Notes: generated by a model from the letters alone, not told the origin. A DNA stretch of 63,113 bases, filler included, from Intoshia linei (GCA_001642005.1; 9 parts of 9 records of this genome joined end to end with filler, not necessarily neighbours in it); one strand, 5' to 3'; shown: positions 1 to 16,912, counted from the first letter of the whole stretch. Program-made: numbers and translations.

Positions 1-962
1 TTTGTGAATATTTTTTTGAAATTTAATTAATAAAATATGTTAATTAACATATATATGCATTTAATTATATTAAAAAAATTAATAATATCTCACTTTGAAT
101 TTAGTTTAAATTTTTCCTTTCATTTTGGATGTAATTATTCTTATATTGATTGTAATTGTTATCACATTGACAATCGTTATTCCATTATAATTTAGCTATT
201 TTTACATTAACTGTGACTATTCTTACTTTGAATGTAAATATAATAATTTTAAAAATGAATTTATATTTTTATTTCAAAACTATATTATGGTTAAATAAAC
301 CTGCGAATAACACAAATATTTTTAACAATTTAAACTCAGAAAATTCGAATATTTTTCTTAAATATGCACCTTAAACGTAAAAAAATATATTATAGGTAGT
401 GCGATTCAACCATATTACGTTTCTCGTTAATAAAAATTTGAATGTTGGTCAAAATATACCAAAAACCCTTAATAATTTGATTATCACTTTGAATATAGCA
501 ATGATCACATTGCTTATGGTTATTTTATTGTGTTGCAAAATGTTATCACATCGCTTGTAATTATTATCATATTGATAGTGAAATGGTATAGTTAATTCCC
601 AGTTAAAATAATGTAAGACAAATGATTAATACATACTAGCATATTCGTATAAGCTCGAATTCTTCACTGTCTTGCAACAATGATGTCTTTAGAGCTACAA
701 AATAAAAAAAATTGTTAGACTGTATACAAAAATTGTAAAAACTGTCTGGTTAATATAAGCGTGAATTCTTCACCGTTTCACAATGATGTCTTTAGCGCTT
801 CAAAATTTTAAATCAGATGGCCCTTGCGAATAATCATGAATGTTCTAAAACATTTAATTTGGGCACTTTCATCATATTTAAAATACTTAATTAACTGTAT
901 ACGATTTTAAGGATAATTTAATATATAAGGATATATTATATACAAAACATTAACATCAGATT

Positions 963-1578
963 CTACTCAAACTTTACATTAAATTCTTGTAATAAATTGT
1001 CTATTCCAAAAATTCCATCGTCACTGTTATCTCCATCTGACATATCCAGTCGGTTCAGTCTACACTCCATTTTTTTGACTATTTTACATTGTAATAAAAA
1101 ATTTTAAAGAAACCTTTTTGATACGTTTCACGGTTTTCTAATTCCAATATATCGCTTTCACGTTTATTTGCATTAATTTTTTTGGTTAGGTATTTGATAT
1201 AACTTGTGGCATGAATTAAAACTTGAGCCCGAGAAACCTTAATTTAATTAGTACACGTAATAAAAATCTAAATAAAGTGAAATGATTTGTAAATCAATCA
1301 CTTTATCTCGAGATAATGATGGTACAGATTTCCTAAGGCTGACAAAACTGTCTTTAATGTGGTCGCGGCGTTTGCGCTCTAAGGCATTGTGATGTGCTCG
1401 TCTTTCGTCCTAATAATCAGTATATATATATGTATGTTTACGTATTGAGAAGCGTCATCTTTTGAATTCGGGCTAATTGGAGGTGATTTGGATAACTACA
1501 ATCACATTATTTATTTTTTGATTCTCTTTTTACCTTTGTCGCACTTATAAATTTTTTTCTATTTTTTTTATTAACCAT
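963..1578 (-). CDS. MAX: Max bHLH-ZIP transcription factor, 5 exons (1578-1534, 1495-1442, 1409-1302, 1237-1114, 1078-963)
   Basis: Hand translation gives [53 protein letters not shown], the Max basic-HLH signature. All introns are GT-AG with consistent phases (38, 32, 64, 35 nt). Not in the ORF track. Confidence 0.93.
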
Positions 1579-2380
1579 GCGTAAATATATTATCGTTACA
1601 TAAAATAAATGATTTATTGACAATAGTGATATTTAAGTTTATTATGTCATAATATTTTTGTGGTAAATCTGATTAGGTAATCATAATTACAGAGTGTTAC
1701 ATCCTGTAACTGCGGTAGTGGCATAATTTACAGTTTATCATTTTACACTGATGGCTTCTTAAAAACTTAATTGTTAACATATCGACTGAGACTTAGTCTA
1801 AGATAATCAAGATAACATTGGTAAATTTGTCTAGATTCAATAGAACGTAGCAATTTTATATTCAAAATCGAATCTAATATTGCAGTGCAAAAGTGCACAA
1901 TCTAAATCGCCAATTATATGCAAGTGGAATAGCTACTACACCTGATTTATAGACAGCTTGTAGGGATTTATGGATGAATAAATAATGTATTCATGTCATG
2001 GCTTCAATGTTTACCAGTTTTGAAATTTAACGAATGTTATCTTTTATACTCAACCGGAGTAGAAAAAAATCTAGATAAACACTTTTTCTCAATAATTCCC
2101 AAACAAGACTGCACTTTGAAAACTTAACACTCCATTATATATTTTCTTTCCATTAATTTTTTATTTTGTTTATTTTTCAAAATTTTTACGGACCAGTATT
2201 TGGGAAACTGTTTTACGGTATGTATTTCATCATGACGAAGGTTTCTTGAGATAATAATAATAATAACTAAACTGATACATTGTAACAAAATTCAATTTAA
2301 ATGTTTAAAAATGTGGTAACGCACCACAGAAATTGATTCATTAATTGAACCGATTAGAAATTATTAATTTTGTATAATAA

Positions 2381-2389
2381 CGCGCCAAA
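2381..2389 (-). promoter_or_regulatory. E2F-type site TTTGGCGCG about 90 nt upstream of the UBE2C start
   Basis: cgcgccaaa on the + strand in CpG-poor DNA, upstream of a cell-cycle gene. Confidence 0.45.
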
Positions 2390-2479
2390 TAAAAGTGTAA
2401 CCATATAATTCCCATCTCGCGTTGACAATTTCTAATAAATTTTTAATCAATTTTCACTCAAATTTTTAATATTATTTTA

Positions 2480-5400
2480 ATGGCAAAAACCAGCCAACAA
2501 ATCAAAAGCAATAGAAGCAGGTAGTTTTATTATTTTAATTATTTTTTTGGTTACAATAGTATTACATTTTTAGAATATTCGTCATTTTGTACCAATATAA
2601 AAGACATTGAAAATTATTTCAAATTGTAAAACAAATATTCAAATTTACAATTCTTCTATTTTATTAGATTGACATTGACATTGAAAAAATTTAGCAATAT
2701 TTATAGTGCTAGAATAAGTTTCAATTAAATTTTTATTATGAACTAATTTGTTAATTTTTAAATTGTAAATAATAAATTATTTAATTGACAAAATTAGCTA
2801 AAATTCTAACCTGCACAAATAAATATTATGTAACCAAACTTTTACTCAGTTATAAGTTTCTTAATCTAGGGCAGTGGAAAGCCAACAGTAGGCCCACATA
2901 AAAATTTTTTAAAGAATCGGACATCTATACATTGCTTAATCGGTCGTTCATTATCTAATAATTAAAAATAACCTTTGGAAATTGCATTGGTTATCGAAAT
3001 TTTGGTATTTAAGAAATTTTCTAAAATATCATAAATTAAAAATGTAGGTCTTCATGATTAACCGGTCCATATGGTCTACCTAGGCGTTCTCCACGGCCCT
3101 GTCTCAACCTGGTTGAATGTTTACGTATTTTGAAATTTTTATCAATTTATTCTATATATTATTTGCAGTGCATCTTTAATTTTTTTAATTATGTAGATTA
3201 CAGAAAGAATTAATGTTAATGATGGTATCATTTGTAGAACAATGAATAATAATTTTAGAAAAATCAATTGAAAGGAATAACAGCATTTCCTAGTGATGGA
3301 AATTTAGAAAAATGGATTTGTACAATTGAAGGAGCAAAAGGAACACCGTATGAAGAACAAACGTATAAATTACAATTTGATATTCCTGAAGACTATCCTT
3401 ATAAACCTCCAAAAGTTAAATTTATAACTTCAATTTACCACCCAAATATTGACTACAGTGGAGCTATTTGTTTGGATATATTAAATGATTCTTGGTCAGC
3501 TATATATAATATTGAATCTTTACTTGTATCCATTCAAAGCCTTTTAGGAGGTAATTTTTGATTTTAAAGTAACAATAGTAGTTGCATGTCAATTGAGGGG
3601 ATGTTATCATATTATTTCTTACTTTATCAACAAGTAAATTTTATATATAGCGACAATTTATACGGTTTTTTTATTGAATCGCAAACACGACTGTTTAATT
3701 TATGAGCCTACGTTTTTTGTTTTAAGCTCTAAGCAATTTTATTGTAAATATAATTATATATATATAAATTTGCAATGTGCTGTGTAATAATGTGGTAATT
3801 GGCGGTTTTGACCGTGAACATGTAATTATTTAAGATGAATAATCCCTACCAAAATAAACAATAATTACTTTTTATCCTTACTTATATAATATGCTACGCA
3901 ATATTTGTTTGTGTATGTATGTTACCGTTTATTTCAATAACTTTTAGAATTTTATAAAGTCCATATTTCAATTACAGTTTTTTCCGGGGTGTTAGCAAAA
4001 TAAATTTCAACCTCCCAAACTCACATCTTACTGGTAAAAAACCCCAATTGTCCTACTTTTTGAAAATCAAACGAATTCGAGAATTTAAAACAATTTACAG
4101 GTGGTACAGTTGTACCCTGTTAACACACAAAAAAAATTTCAATCTGAATAAGTAATGATTTTACGGTCAAAAAAGCATTTTAGTTTTCACATATTTTTTT
4201 CTGAAATATTTTATTAAAACAAAAAATGGAAATAATTAACGGTCCAAAAATTAAAAAAAATGATTATTCTGATAGAGCTTATTCCAGTTGATATAAATAC
4301 AAAAGTTCAACCCCAGAAATCTACGCATTCCCGGTGAAAAATAATTTTTAATATATTATCAACCAATATTTTTCAAATATTTGGATTAAAATAAAAATTG
4401 AAAATGCAAATTGATCCTACAATTTTAAAAATAATGTGCCTTGAACGTCCACACCTTTCCAATAAAGAAATATGGGTGAAAATTTATATAATTCATTCTT
4501 TCGCAATTTTTAAATTTCAAATATTTAGTATAGAATTTAAAATAAAACTACAACGACGATTACTAAAAGTAATACAACTTTGTTATTATCTTTTTTATAT
4601 TTATTACAACTTTTTGCAATATTGGTATTTTTAAGGCGTGTATTTATTGCATCAGTATTTTTTTTATTAATTTGTCAGTATAAATAATTGAATAATCAGT
4701 ATTTAAATTGGAAGGGCATTAAAAAAAATATTTTGTCAGTACTTTAAATATACTGTCAGTATTTAAATTGAATGTTCTGTATAAAATGAAACTGACAAAA
4801 AGAGCTTTTGTAAAATATTCTATTTGTTCTCATAAAAAAATATTCTCTGGTGTGAACACCATAGAATAATTCTAATTTTTTTGTAGTATGGTATCTTAAT
4901 ATTTCAGTTTTAACTTGGTTTTGTAGTGGATGATATATTATTTCAAAAACTAGATTTTTAATTTTTATACTGACACTCCAAAATCATCAAACTTACAATT
5001 CAATTGTTTTACTGACAAAATATTATTTTATAAAATTTGATTATTTCTATATAATTTTTTGTTGAGTTACTTATAATTTTCGATGAATACTGATCTAGTT
5101 AATATATGTACTGACAAGAAAGCAATTAAAAACGGACAAATATGTAATTGAATACTGACAGAATACATTTTATTACTGACAATTTTATGTTGAAAATACA
5201 GAAAATTTTTTATTAAAAACTGTCAGTATTTTAATTAAAATACTGACAAATTAATTACTCCCCTATTTTTAAGTGTTTATTAAATTGGTACTGAATATAT
5301 ATTATCGCATTGAAAATTTTTAGGATTGGACTGTTTTTACTTTATTTTTAATATTATACACACATTTTGTCTAATAAAATTGGACTGTTTTTACTTTATT

Positions 5401-5964
5401 TTTAATATTATACACACATTCTGTCTAATAAAATTAAATGGGATAATAATTGTTTTTAAAATTCAATACGCGAATATTAACAAACAAAAGATTAAGATGG
5501 AATAATTCACTTTAAAGTAAAAATTAATGTGATATGATGGTTCCATCTAAAACAAATTTGGGAACCACTCCTTTAAAGGATTGATAATAGTGAATAGTAG
5601 AATTTTTAAGTTAGATTTTCAACGTGAATTTATTTTTTAAGTATAATAAAAATGTGCTCTCGGCAGAGCTAGGTCCTGTTTGTACGTAGTATGTAAATTT
5701 ATTTTTTGGTAGTATAAAAATGTTCCCTCGGTAGAACTAGGCTACGATGAATTTATTTTTTTTGTATAATAAAAATGTGCTCTCGGCAGAGATAGGTGCT
5801 GTTTGTACGTCGTACATAACAGTAAACCTAGACAATATTATATATACTTTTTAGAACCTAACAACAAAAGCCCACTGAACGGACAAGCAGCAAGGGATTG
5901 GAGTAAAGCTGCAAAATTTAAAAGTGAAGTTTTAAGAGTTTACAGTTTGGCAAGTAACACCTAA
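2480..5964 (+). CDS. UBE2C: Ubiquitin-conjugating enzyme E2 C, exons 2480-2520, 3197-3224, 3259-3550, 5855-5964
   Basis: RLQKELMLMM...GITAFP...HPNIDYSGAICLDIL...SIQSLLGEPNNKSPLN. UBC fold with catalytic Cys; splice phases consistent. Confidence 0.9.
3875..5831 (+). mobile_element. Non-autonomous Helitron, near full length, in the last UBE2C intron
   Basis: Starts A|TCCTTACTTATATAATATGCTACG and ends with hairpin ctgtttgtac-gtc-gtacataacag then CTAG. Homologous to 37905-39128 and 59234-60004. Confidence 0.8.
4633..5264. mobile_element. Foldback/MITE with many TACTGACA subterminal motifs, nested in the Helitron
   Basis: tgtcagta repeats in the left half mirrored by tactgaca in the right half; degenerate terminal inverted repeat. 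Confidence 0.55.
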
Positions 5965-6594
5965 TTTTTATACTAAATTTTACATTTTATTGTAAATTTT
6001 TTTAACATTGGTTAACAACTGTTGTAATAAATTATTTAATTTCAGTTACATTGTAGTATTTATTCTATATTTACATTATTGTATTGTAAATTAAATTTCA
6101 AGATATTTTATAAAAAATGTTTGTCGAGGAATATTAGTTAAAAATTATAATTTTATTTGATAACATTACAAATTCAGGTTACATTAAAAATTATTTTTTT
6201 AATGATTAACTTGAATACACAACAAATTTTAAATTATTTAATTTATCGGAAAAGTACGAATGTATAATTGTTAATAACGTGATATAGTTTATCACGTATT
6301 TATTATAAACACAATACAATTCGGTGACAGAATTTCGCTCTTGAAATATACCAAATAAACTTTTTTTCACTTAACCAGGAATTATTCTGTAATATAATTT
6401 TTTTTTTGAATCTATGCGTCACGAATGTACAGGCAAAAGTGTAAATCAATGCAGAAAAAATTGATACAAAATTGTATACATAATTTTACTGGAAAAGTGT
6501 TATTCCTAGGATAACTATGGCATTCCTGCAGTATATTTTGTTGACACGTATTTTTGTCTCCAATAACTAATCAACGAAGCATGAAATAGCTGAA

Positions 6595-8105
6595 ATGGCT
6601 ATATTTAACTTTTTAAAGTATAAACCACCAACATACACCCAAGAATCTATCGACGGAGGTAATTACTAAATTCAATATTAGTATTAATTTTCAGAAGGGC
6701 ACATAATACATCAATAATCTATGTACTAAATTTAATACTGTACGTGGTAAAAAATCGAGAGCACCATCGTTTCAATTGAATTTTCTAAATTGTAGTCTTA
6801 GTTAAGTTAACCATTATCGTGTTTTGTCCATTTAATAAGCGTTCCCCAAATACAGGTCCGTGAAAATTTTTACTAATTAGGAGTCAATTTATTATGTTTT
6901 TTATCAATTTTTTTAAATCCTGCGACTGTCAATTTTTTTAATAAATGGTTATAGACACAGACATTCATTTTTATATAAGTAAATGATTACCGGTTGGGCG
7001 TGAAAAAAGTGTGGTAACCCCTGCAATGCAGAGCAAGCATTAAATATTGAAATAATCACATATAATTAAATTTTATAGAACGTGATTTATAAAGTATGGC
7101 ATAAAATTGCTTTATATTTAAAATACCAATATTAATATTTAGATCAAGACCAAATTCAGAAAATATCAACAAAATACAATTCAGCTTACATAATTGCAAT
7201 AGTTTTTTCTTTTATTACATTAATGCTGTACATTGTTGCGTTTTCTACGCCGTATTGGATACAATCCTATGAGAATACATACACCAAATTTCAAAACGTT
7301 GGATTATGGGAATTATGTTTTAGAAATTACATCCACGATAAAGATTCAAAACAAGAAATTTATGATGGTTGTTGGCAAATTTTTAGCCGTAAAATGAAAT
7401 ATTGGAAATTAAGAGGATGGTTATTAGTCGGTAAATAAATTATTTAATTTTGTCACAAGTATACTTAGATTGGCTCATTATAGTTGAATTTTTATCAATC
7501 TTGATACTTGTCATTCATGTTTTCAAAGCACTGACAGTCATTATAGTATCAATGCATTGCTGTCCGATAATGAACCACGAACGGTATCAAATGCAAGGAA
7601 ATATCTGCGCACTAGTCATGGGGTTTTTATCGAGTAACTTTTATTATTAACAAATAACAATATTTTAGTAATATTTTCTCTCATCATGTTGTTCTTATGG
7701 GCCTTCAAACCAGATTGGAATTGGATTCCTAGGCCAGATCTAAACAAACCTGGGGCTAGTTTTGTCTTTTGTGCTCTATCGATCGTGACAACTTTTATCG
7801 AATGCATGAATTCAGTTCTAATGATACGAAACTACTTTTTAATCATGAAATTCTCCAAAAATCGTCTTGATCTAATAAAAATGAGTGATTTCGCTTCAGC
7901 TCATTTATCTCAAGATATTTTGGATGAACGTTTAATCGCTGAATCATCTCCATACATGTCACGGACTAATGTGTCTCATTATACAAATGCATCTAGAGTT
8001 TCACGGACATCAAGAGAAAATGTGGAAACTTTTTCACCAGATAATTACAATACATTTTGCAATCAATTCGATGAATATGAATACAAAAACAGTACCAGTA
8101 TTTAG
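6595..8105 (+). CDS. Invertebrate claudin (PMP22/claudin family, pickel/sinuous-like). First exon (6595-6658) uncertain; exons 7143-7430, 7469-7633, 7669-8105
   Basis: W...GLWELC...C claudin loop motif, four hydrophobic segments, WIPRPDLN loop, C-terminal T-S-I PDZ-type end. Confidence 0.75.
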
Positions 8106-8146
8106 CCGACAATAATTAAATTATAAATTTATTGTACAAGTTGTAA

Positions 8147-8828
8147 TTAAATTTTACTTTTAGGGTGAGTAAATTTATTTCGAGATTTTGGGTAAGATTT
8201 AGAATTGACATTTAGTGTTGAGGGCCCATTTTCGATGACGTTTTCTTTCACTTCAAAATGAAGATTAAAGTGGGGGAATAAGTCAATGTTTTTAAATGAA
8301 ACTTTGAAAGTGTAATCTTCGTTGCTGATACTATCCCTGGCTTCAATTTGACGACTTAAAATGTTTGATTTAATACTATCAGATCTGTTTAACTCGTTCA
8401 ACTTCTTTCTTTCAAGAAGAATGTATGTTGACATTTCCACCAATTTGTCGCTTAACAGATAATCAACATTATCTTGCATACTTTTTATCAATCCTAAATT
8501 TAATAGATTAAGCATTTTTATAAAAAATCATGAGATCAAAATCCCGTATGCTATGCAAATGATAATTAATTTTTACGTTATACTTAATTGTATCAATTCA
8601 ACTAAAAAATAACCCAAATATTGCATATTGTGAATAAATTAAATGTAGTTAATCAGAATACATACATTTTAAAATAAAAATACCATATTCATCAGCCAAA
8701 TCTAATTCATAACAGTTTGTCGCTTCCGTATTAGTTTTTTCAAAAATAAATTGCAAGACATCAAAAATTCTGCAATTTACATTGACCATTAAAGGTTCTT
8801 TCGTACCGTGAACAACTTTAATAAACAT
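8147..8828 (-). CDS. CXorf65/C22orf15-family uncharacterised protein, exons 8828-8684 and 8493-8147
   Basis: MFIKVVHGTKEPLMVNVNCRIFDVLQFIFEK...LDLADEYG...STYILL matches the recalled family N-terminus; phase-1 intron. Confidence 0.7.
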
Positions 8829-9059
8829 TGTTAGTTGTATCCAAGTAAAAATTAAACATTATTGAATTTTTTTAGATAATCTCTAATTTTAAGTTTGGAT
8901 CTTTTTTTTAATTTACACATTTCGTTTTTTATACAATTTTTTTCAAATGATTCTCGAGAAATTTTTGATTTTCTTTTTCCTAAAATTGTTTAAATATACA
9001 ATTACAAAAATATATAGTATACTAGATACAAATGACTTAATCCTAACAAATGGATAGAC

Positions 9060-9628
9060 CAGAGTTTTTTAACCCGTGGTGCTAGAAAAATTATTTTCAT
9101 AAAAAAATGAAATTATATTTTAAAAATAAATATAATCTATTTTTTACATTGTCGATCAAATAAGTCTTATTATAATTATATATAGATTATTTAAATCATA
9201 TCCAATACAGCTTCTATGTATATTTTTACTATTTATTGATATTGTTATTGATTATGTTTGTAAGAGTGGTTTTTAAAAATTTCAATAAAATACGAGTTTT
9301 AAGTTGCATTTTAAGGTATCATTTTTTACAGGCGCAGTGGCGAACCTACCCTACTCCGAAATACCTCTTCGAAAATCGACAAAAAATTTTTAAAATTATT
9401 TTTCTAAATTGAGCATTAAAAAAATTATATTTTTGAATATCATAACTATTTTGATGTTAAATTTAAAATGTAAATTCGAGAGTCTTTAAGAGGTTAGGTA
9501 GACAATATGACACAACGCATCGCTTTCAAAAAATTTTTAGGGATCTATTTTTCATATTCGGTGGCCTCGAGCTGAGCAACTTCGGCTGTGTATCGGGGTA
9601 CTAAATTTGAAAAAAGTTAAAAAACCTG
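9060..9628. mobile_element. hAT-type MITE
   Basis: CAGAGTTTTTT...AAAACCTG termini; near-identical 8-bp flanks ggatagac/gcatagac. Confidence 0.55.
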
Positions 9629-9661
9629 GCATAGACCAATAAATTAAACATAATAATATAT

Positions 9662-10064
9662 CAGCGGTTACCAAAATGGCGTCTGGGACCCTTAAGGGGT
9701 ACCATAAATTATTTTGGGATACCAGCTCGTCTGATATTATGACTCATAAATTATAGATATTTTTTAAATTCCCAAAAATCAAAATTAATTTGTAAAAATA
9801 TATTTAGTTCCTTACGTATGTACGTCTATTTGATAGCCTCTGCGATTTTAACGTTATATATTAAATATATTTACGTCCCTATTTCGTCAGTTCAATCATT
9901 AAAGATTTTTCAGATATCAGTAGTTTTATCAATTTTAAATTTTTAAAACAATTTTTTTTAATTGATAAAGTGTCATAGTTACGTTAAATTTAAATTATTA
10001 TGGGTACCAAATTATTTTTTTTCAGTTTAGAGGTACCAACTGTGAAGTATGTTGGAAACCTCTG
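9662..10064. mobile_element. hAT-type MITE
   Basis: CAGCGGTTACCAA...TTGGAAACCTCTG TIRs; 8-bp flanks taatatat/tgatatat. Confidence 0.65.
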
Positions 10065-10100
10065 TGATATATCGATGGGACCTGTTTAACTGTTAAGATG

Positions 10101-10857
10101 CTAGGCCACCGTAATTTTTAATTTAGATTTTGAAATATTACCTATTTTAAATACTTTTTCCATTTCAATTACATTAGGTTTTTCGGTACATTGATGAATA
10201 ATTAGCGGCCAATAAAAAAGAGAAAAAAACCTTGAACTAAAATTTTTTTCATCGTTTTCCTTTACAATGTCATTTTCAAAACTAATGCTTGTGTTTACAA
10301 TTTGTTCCGTTTCTTTAACTTTGCAAAATAAATTTGGAATTACTCTCTTCATATAATTTAATGATTGTATAATTTTTTTCCAGGCAGTAATATTTTGAAT
10401 ATTACCAGGTATAGAGATGTAATGATTTGAAAAATCAAAACAATTTATTTCATAATTCTTTGCTCTTTCAGAGTGAACAGGGAAATCTAAATTATAATAA
10501 TATAAACTAAAGTTTGATAAAATTTTACTTGTTTCAGAGTTCCAATTTTTGTTTTTTAGTACATTACTCATAACTGTCAAATCAGTTTCAATTTCAACAA
10601 TTTCTTTTTCTATTTTTTCATAAAAAACCGGAATTTTTTTTTTTAACTGCATTTTGTATTGGTCCTTTTTAGATTCCAATAGTTTTTCAGCGTTCATTTT
10701 CATTTTGTCAATATTTAAATTAAAATTCTAGATTTTAAATTAACGAAATTTAAGATATTAATTATTCAATTAATAAATGTAAATGTAAGCACCTTGGCCA
10801 ATAATGTCATAATATCACTTTCTGAAACGGAAGGTGTATATTTTCGAGTGAATATTC
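10101..10857 (-). CDS. Uncharacterised protein, weakly TCAIM-like; 5' end unresolved
   Basis: 200-aa ORF plus in-phase upstream exon (IFTRKYTPSVSESDIMTLLAK); resemblance to TCAIM is by eye only. Confidence 0.4.
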
Positions 10858-11869
10858 CTAAATATTAAAATATAATACACATTTATACAATTACAATTTG
10901 AGTTGGATCGGTTCTATTTATGGTATTTGGGATCAAATCCGAACCTGCCAGCTCAAAGTATACTTCAATTTGTAAAGTTTTTTATAAATGGTATCTTTTG
11001 TAAAAAATTTTGTTAAAATTATTTTATATATAATATTTAACATAATATTTTTTTAAACCTTCCTTTTAAAAGGTTTCTAAAAGTTTTTTTTGAATAACTA
11101 AAGATAAGATTTTTGATTTGTACAAATTGTTTTATCGGTTCAGTTAAAGTTGAAAGAGAACCTTACAGTTTTGTAAAAAAACTTTAAAAAACCCCTTCAA
11201 AGTTTGATTAAAAAGTATCGGCACGGTAAGTTCGGCACTGTTTGGTATTATGACACTTACAAAGTTGTTTTAATAAATAAGTGAAAAAAATGATTGTTGT
11301 AATTAAAACGTTAACAAGTTAATAAGATACACACAAAATCGATCAAAATTAAATAGTAGCTGACCTAAACTATCTAAAACCAATTTAATCTCCATCATAA
11401 TATTAACATGTTAATATTCATTCATGAATAATGATTGATGTAAAATATTTTCAATACCTAAAATATCACTATCCAAAGGTGTTTGGTATCTATTTATTGC
11501 ATAACTCAGCTCTCGGTCCAATTGTTTGTGTTCAGCAATCGAGTTATCTAAAATTTATACAGTTTAAAAAATTAAATTATTCATTTTTTGGTAAATGTTT
11601 ACATTAACAATAATAATTAGAAATTGATAAATTTATCAGTCATTCTCTGTCATAAATTAAAAAAACAATAAATTTAAATGATATGCTACCATATTTCTTT
11701 TTACATTGTTTGTTAGTTTGATTCGTATATTTTCAGGATATTACATAATTATTATCGAAAATTTAATATTAAGGCCCTATTAAGAAATTATGACATAAAA
11801 AAATAGAATCTTTATTTATATATTAGGTCGTTTCATAAGTAATGTCGTTTTTATTGTAACTTTATTATA

Positions 11870-11969
11870 NNNNNNNNNNNNNNNNNNNNNNNNNNNNNNN
11901 NNNNNNNNNNNNNTTAATTAATTAANNNNNNNNNNNNNNNNNNNNNNNNNNNNNNNNNNNNNNNNNNNN
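11870..11969. other. Artificial contig spacer N44-TTAATTAATTAA-N44 (also 18853-18952, 27610-27709, 31983-32082, 43626-43725, 49661-49760, 58651-58750, 61830-61929)
   Basis: Same 100-nt layout eight times; the 12-mer has stops in all six frames. Confidence 0.97.
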
Positions 11970-12456
11970 TTGCTATAAAAATATCCCCTTACAACCAAAA
12001 AATTCATCAACGCTCCACTCTATTTATCTAAAATCGTTTTTTGGTAACAAGTAGGTACAAGTTTGAGAACATTTTTGAAAAATGGGACTTCTTCTTTGTA
12101 ATTGATTGATTAATTTTAAAAAACTGATATTGATAACATCACTGTCAAGTTGATGTTGAGGGCTGTTGAGAAGACTTAGTGGCTATATGGTATTACGCAG
12201 TTTGCGAAAAAAGTTTCAGAGGCTAATTTTTGATTTTTGGGCTGGTGCATTGTAGATTCTGCTCTGAAGTGATTTTTCTTAATAGAATGTTCATTAGGAT
12301 AGACTTTATCGTGTAAGAATAAAATAATGTATTTAATTAGTTAATTTGTATGAATTTTAAAATTTTTTATAATTATTTTTTACAAATGTACAAAAAGCAA
12401 AAAACCAATTAGTTATATATAAAATTTAATAAAATTAACATGAATAAAAAATCTAT

Positions 12457-15733
<3,277 letters not shown>

Positions 15734-16912
15734 TTTACTGTGAAATACAACCGCTATTTGAAATTTTAAATTTGAATGAACTATAAAAGTAAAATTGGAG
15801 GTGGTGCAATTATGTTTATTATAATTGTAATGAAACTTATTATTTTATTCAATATTAAATATAATAGAGCATATACGACTAGTACACAAGTGAACGTGCG
15901 ATATTGTACTCTAGCTAACGAAGCATGACATTCTTCAAATTCATTGGTAAGTTGTAATTTTTATTGATATCTACAGATAAAATTTAACAGTGTACCGACT
16001 TGATGATAAAATGGAGTGGATTTAGTCGCTATGTATTGACACCTATTTGCTTATTGGCCACAAAAGTTCATTTATAGTCATGATTAAAAGTACCGCCCAC
16101 TTGTAATGTCCCCCATTGATATATTAAATGTACGAGTATTGTAAAGAATTTTCACATTGTATCCCTTTATTTATCATCTCAAATCAACCGAGTAATGTTT
16201 TATATTTAATCCTGTTTTAGGTTTACGTGATATTTGTTACTTAAAATAGATTAATTATACTTTCATACAATTGTTTTACTTAATGTTTAAACTTAATTAT
16301 ACATTTTGTTTTTTAGTTATTCTGACACGAGCGTGTTTTATTGTTTATGCCAACTTTATGCTTATTTTATCATGCCATCACCTTTTTATCATACAATCAT
16401 TATTTATTATGTATACATTTTAATTATTCAACGGGTCACGAGATATTTTCAGACTTGACCCCCAATTAATTACATTTATAATCACTTATTCATCTTGATG
16501 ACTTATAAATTCAAATAAACACATCTCTTTTATGTATTTTGTATTAATCTTAAATTAAGACTTAATGTATTTCAAGTAATGTCTATAAATAGTACATCTA
16601 TTTAGAGATTAACAGTAATGATAATGTAATAATTTTTTTGAATGATGAAATGGTTTTTATTCTTTCATGAAAGGCAAGGAAATAATAAATTAATTAAAGT
16701 AAAATCCATGCTTGACCGCTACTCAAAAACTTAATATTTGTAATACATAATCTGAAACGCGTCACTTCTATAAAATGGTTTTTGTAAACTCTCAATCTGT
16801 GGTTCCCAAACTTTCAAAAACATTTTTATGAATCGGAACCCTGTAAAACGATTTTCATTTCTTATTCTAATGTGATCCGTGAAAACAGAATTTTAACATT
16901 TTTATATAAAAA

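Noticed and set aside
4398-4634. 78-aa ORF (also 38152-38334, 48256-48492, 59916-60134)
   Set aside because: Chance ORFs inside Helitron-family repeats, no domain signature
11914-11925. Recurring TTAATTAATTAA palindrome as a biological repeat or array
   Set aside because: Always centred in N runs of fixed length; an assembly linker
12140-12290. Possible LINE reverse-transcriptase 3' remnant (ETFFANCVIP)
   Set aside because: Too short and degenerate to support
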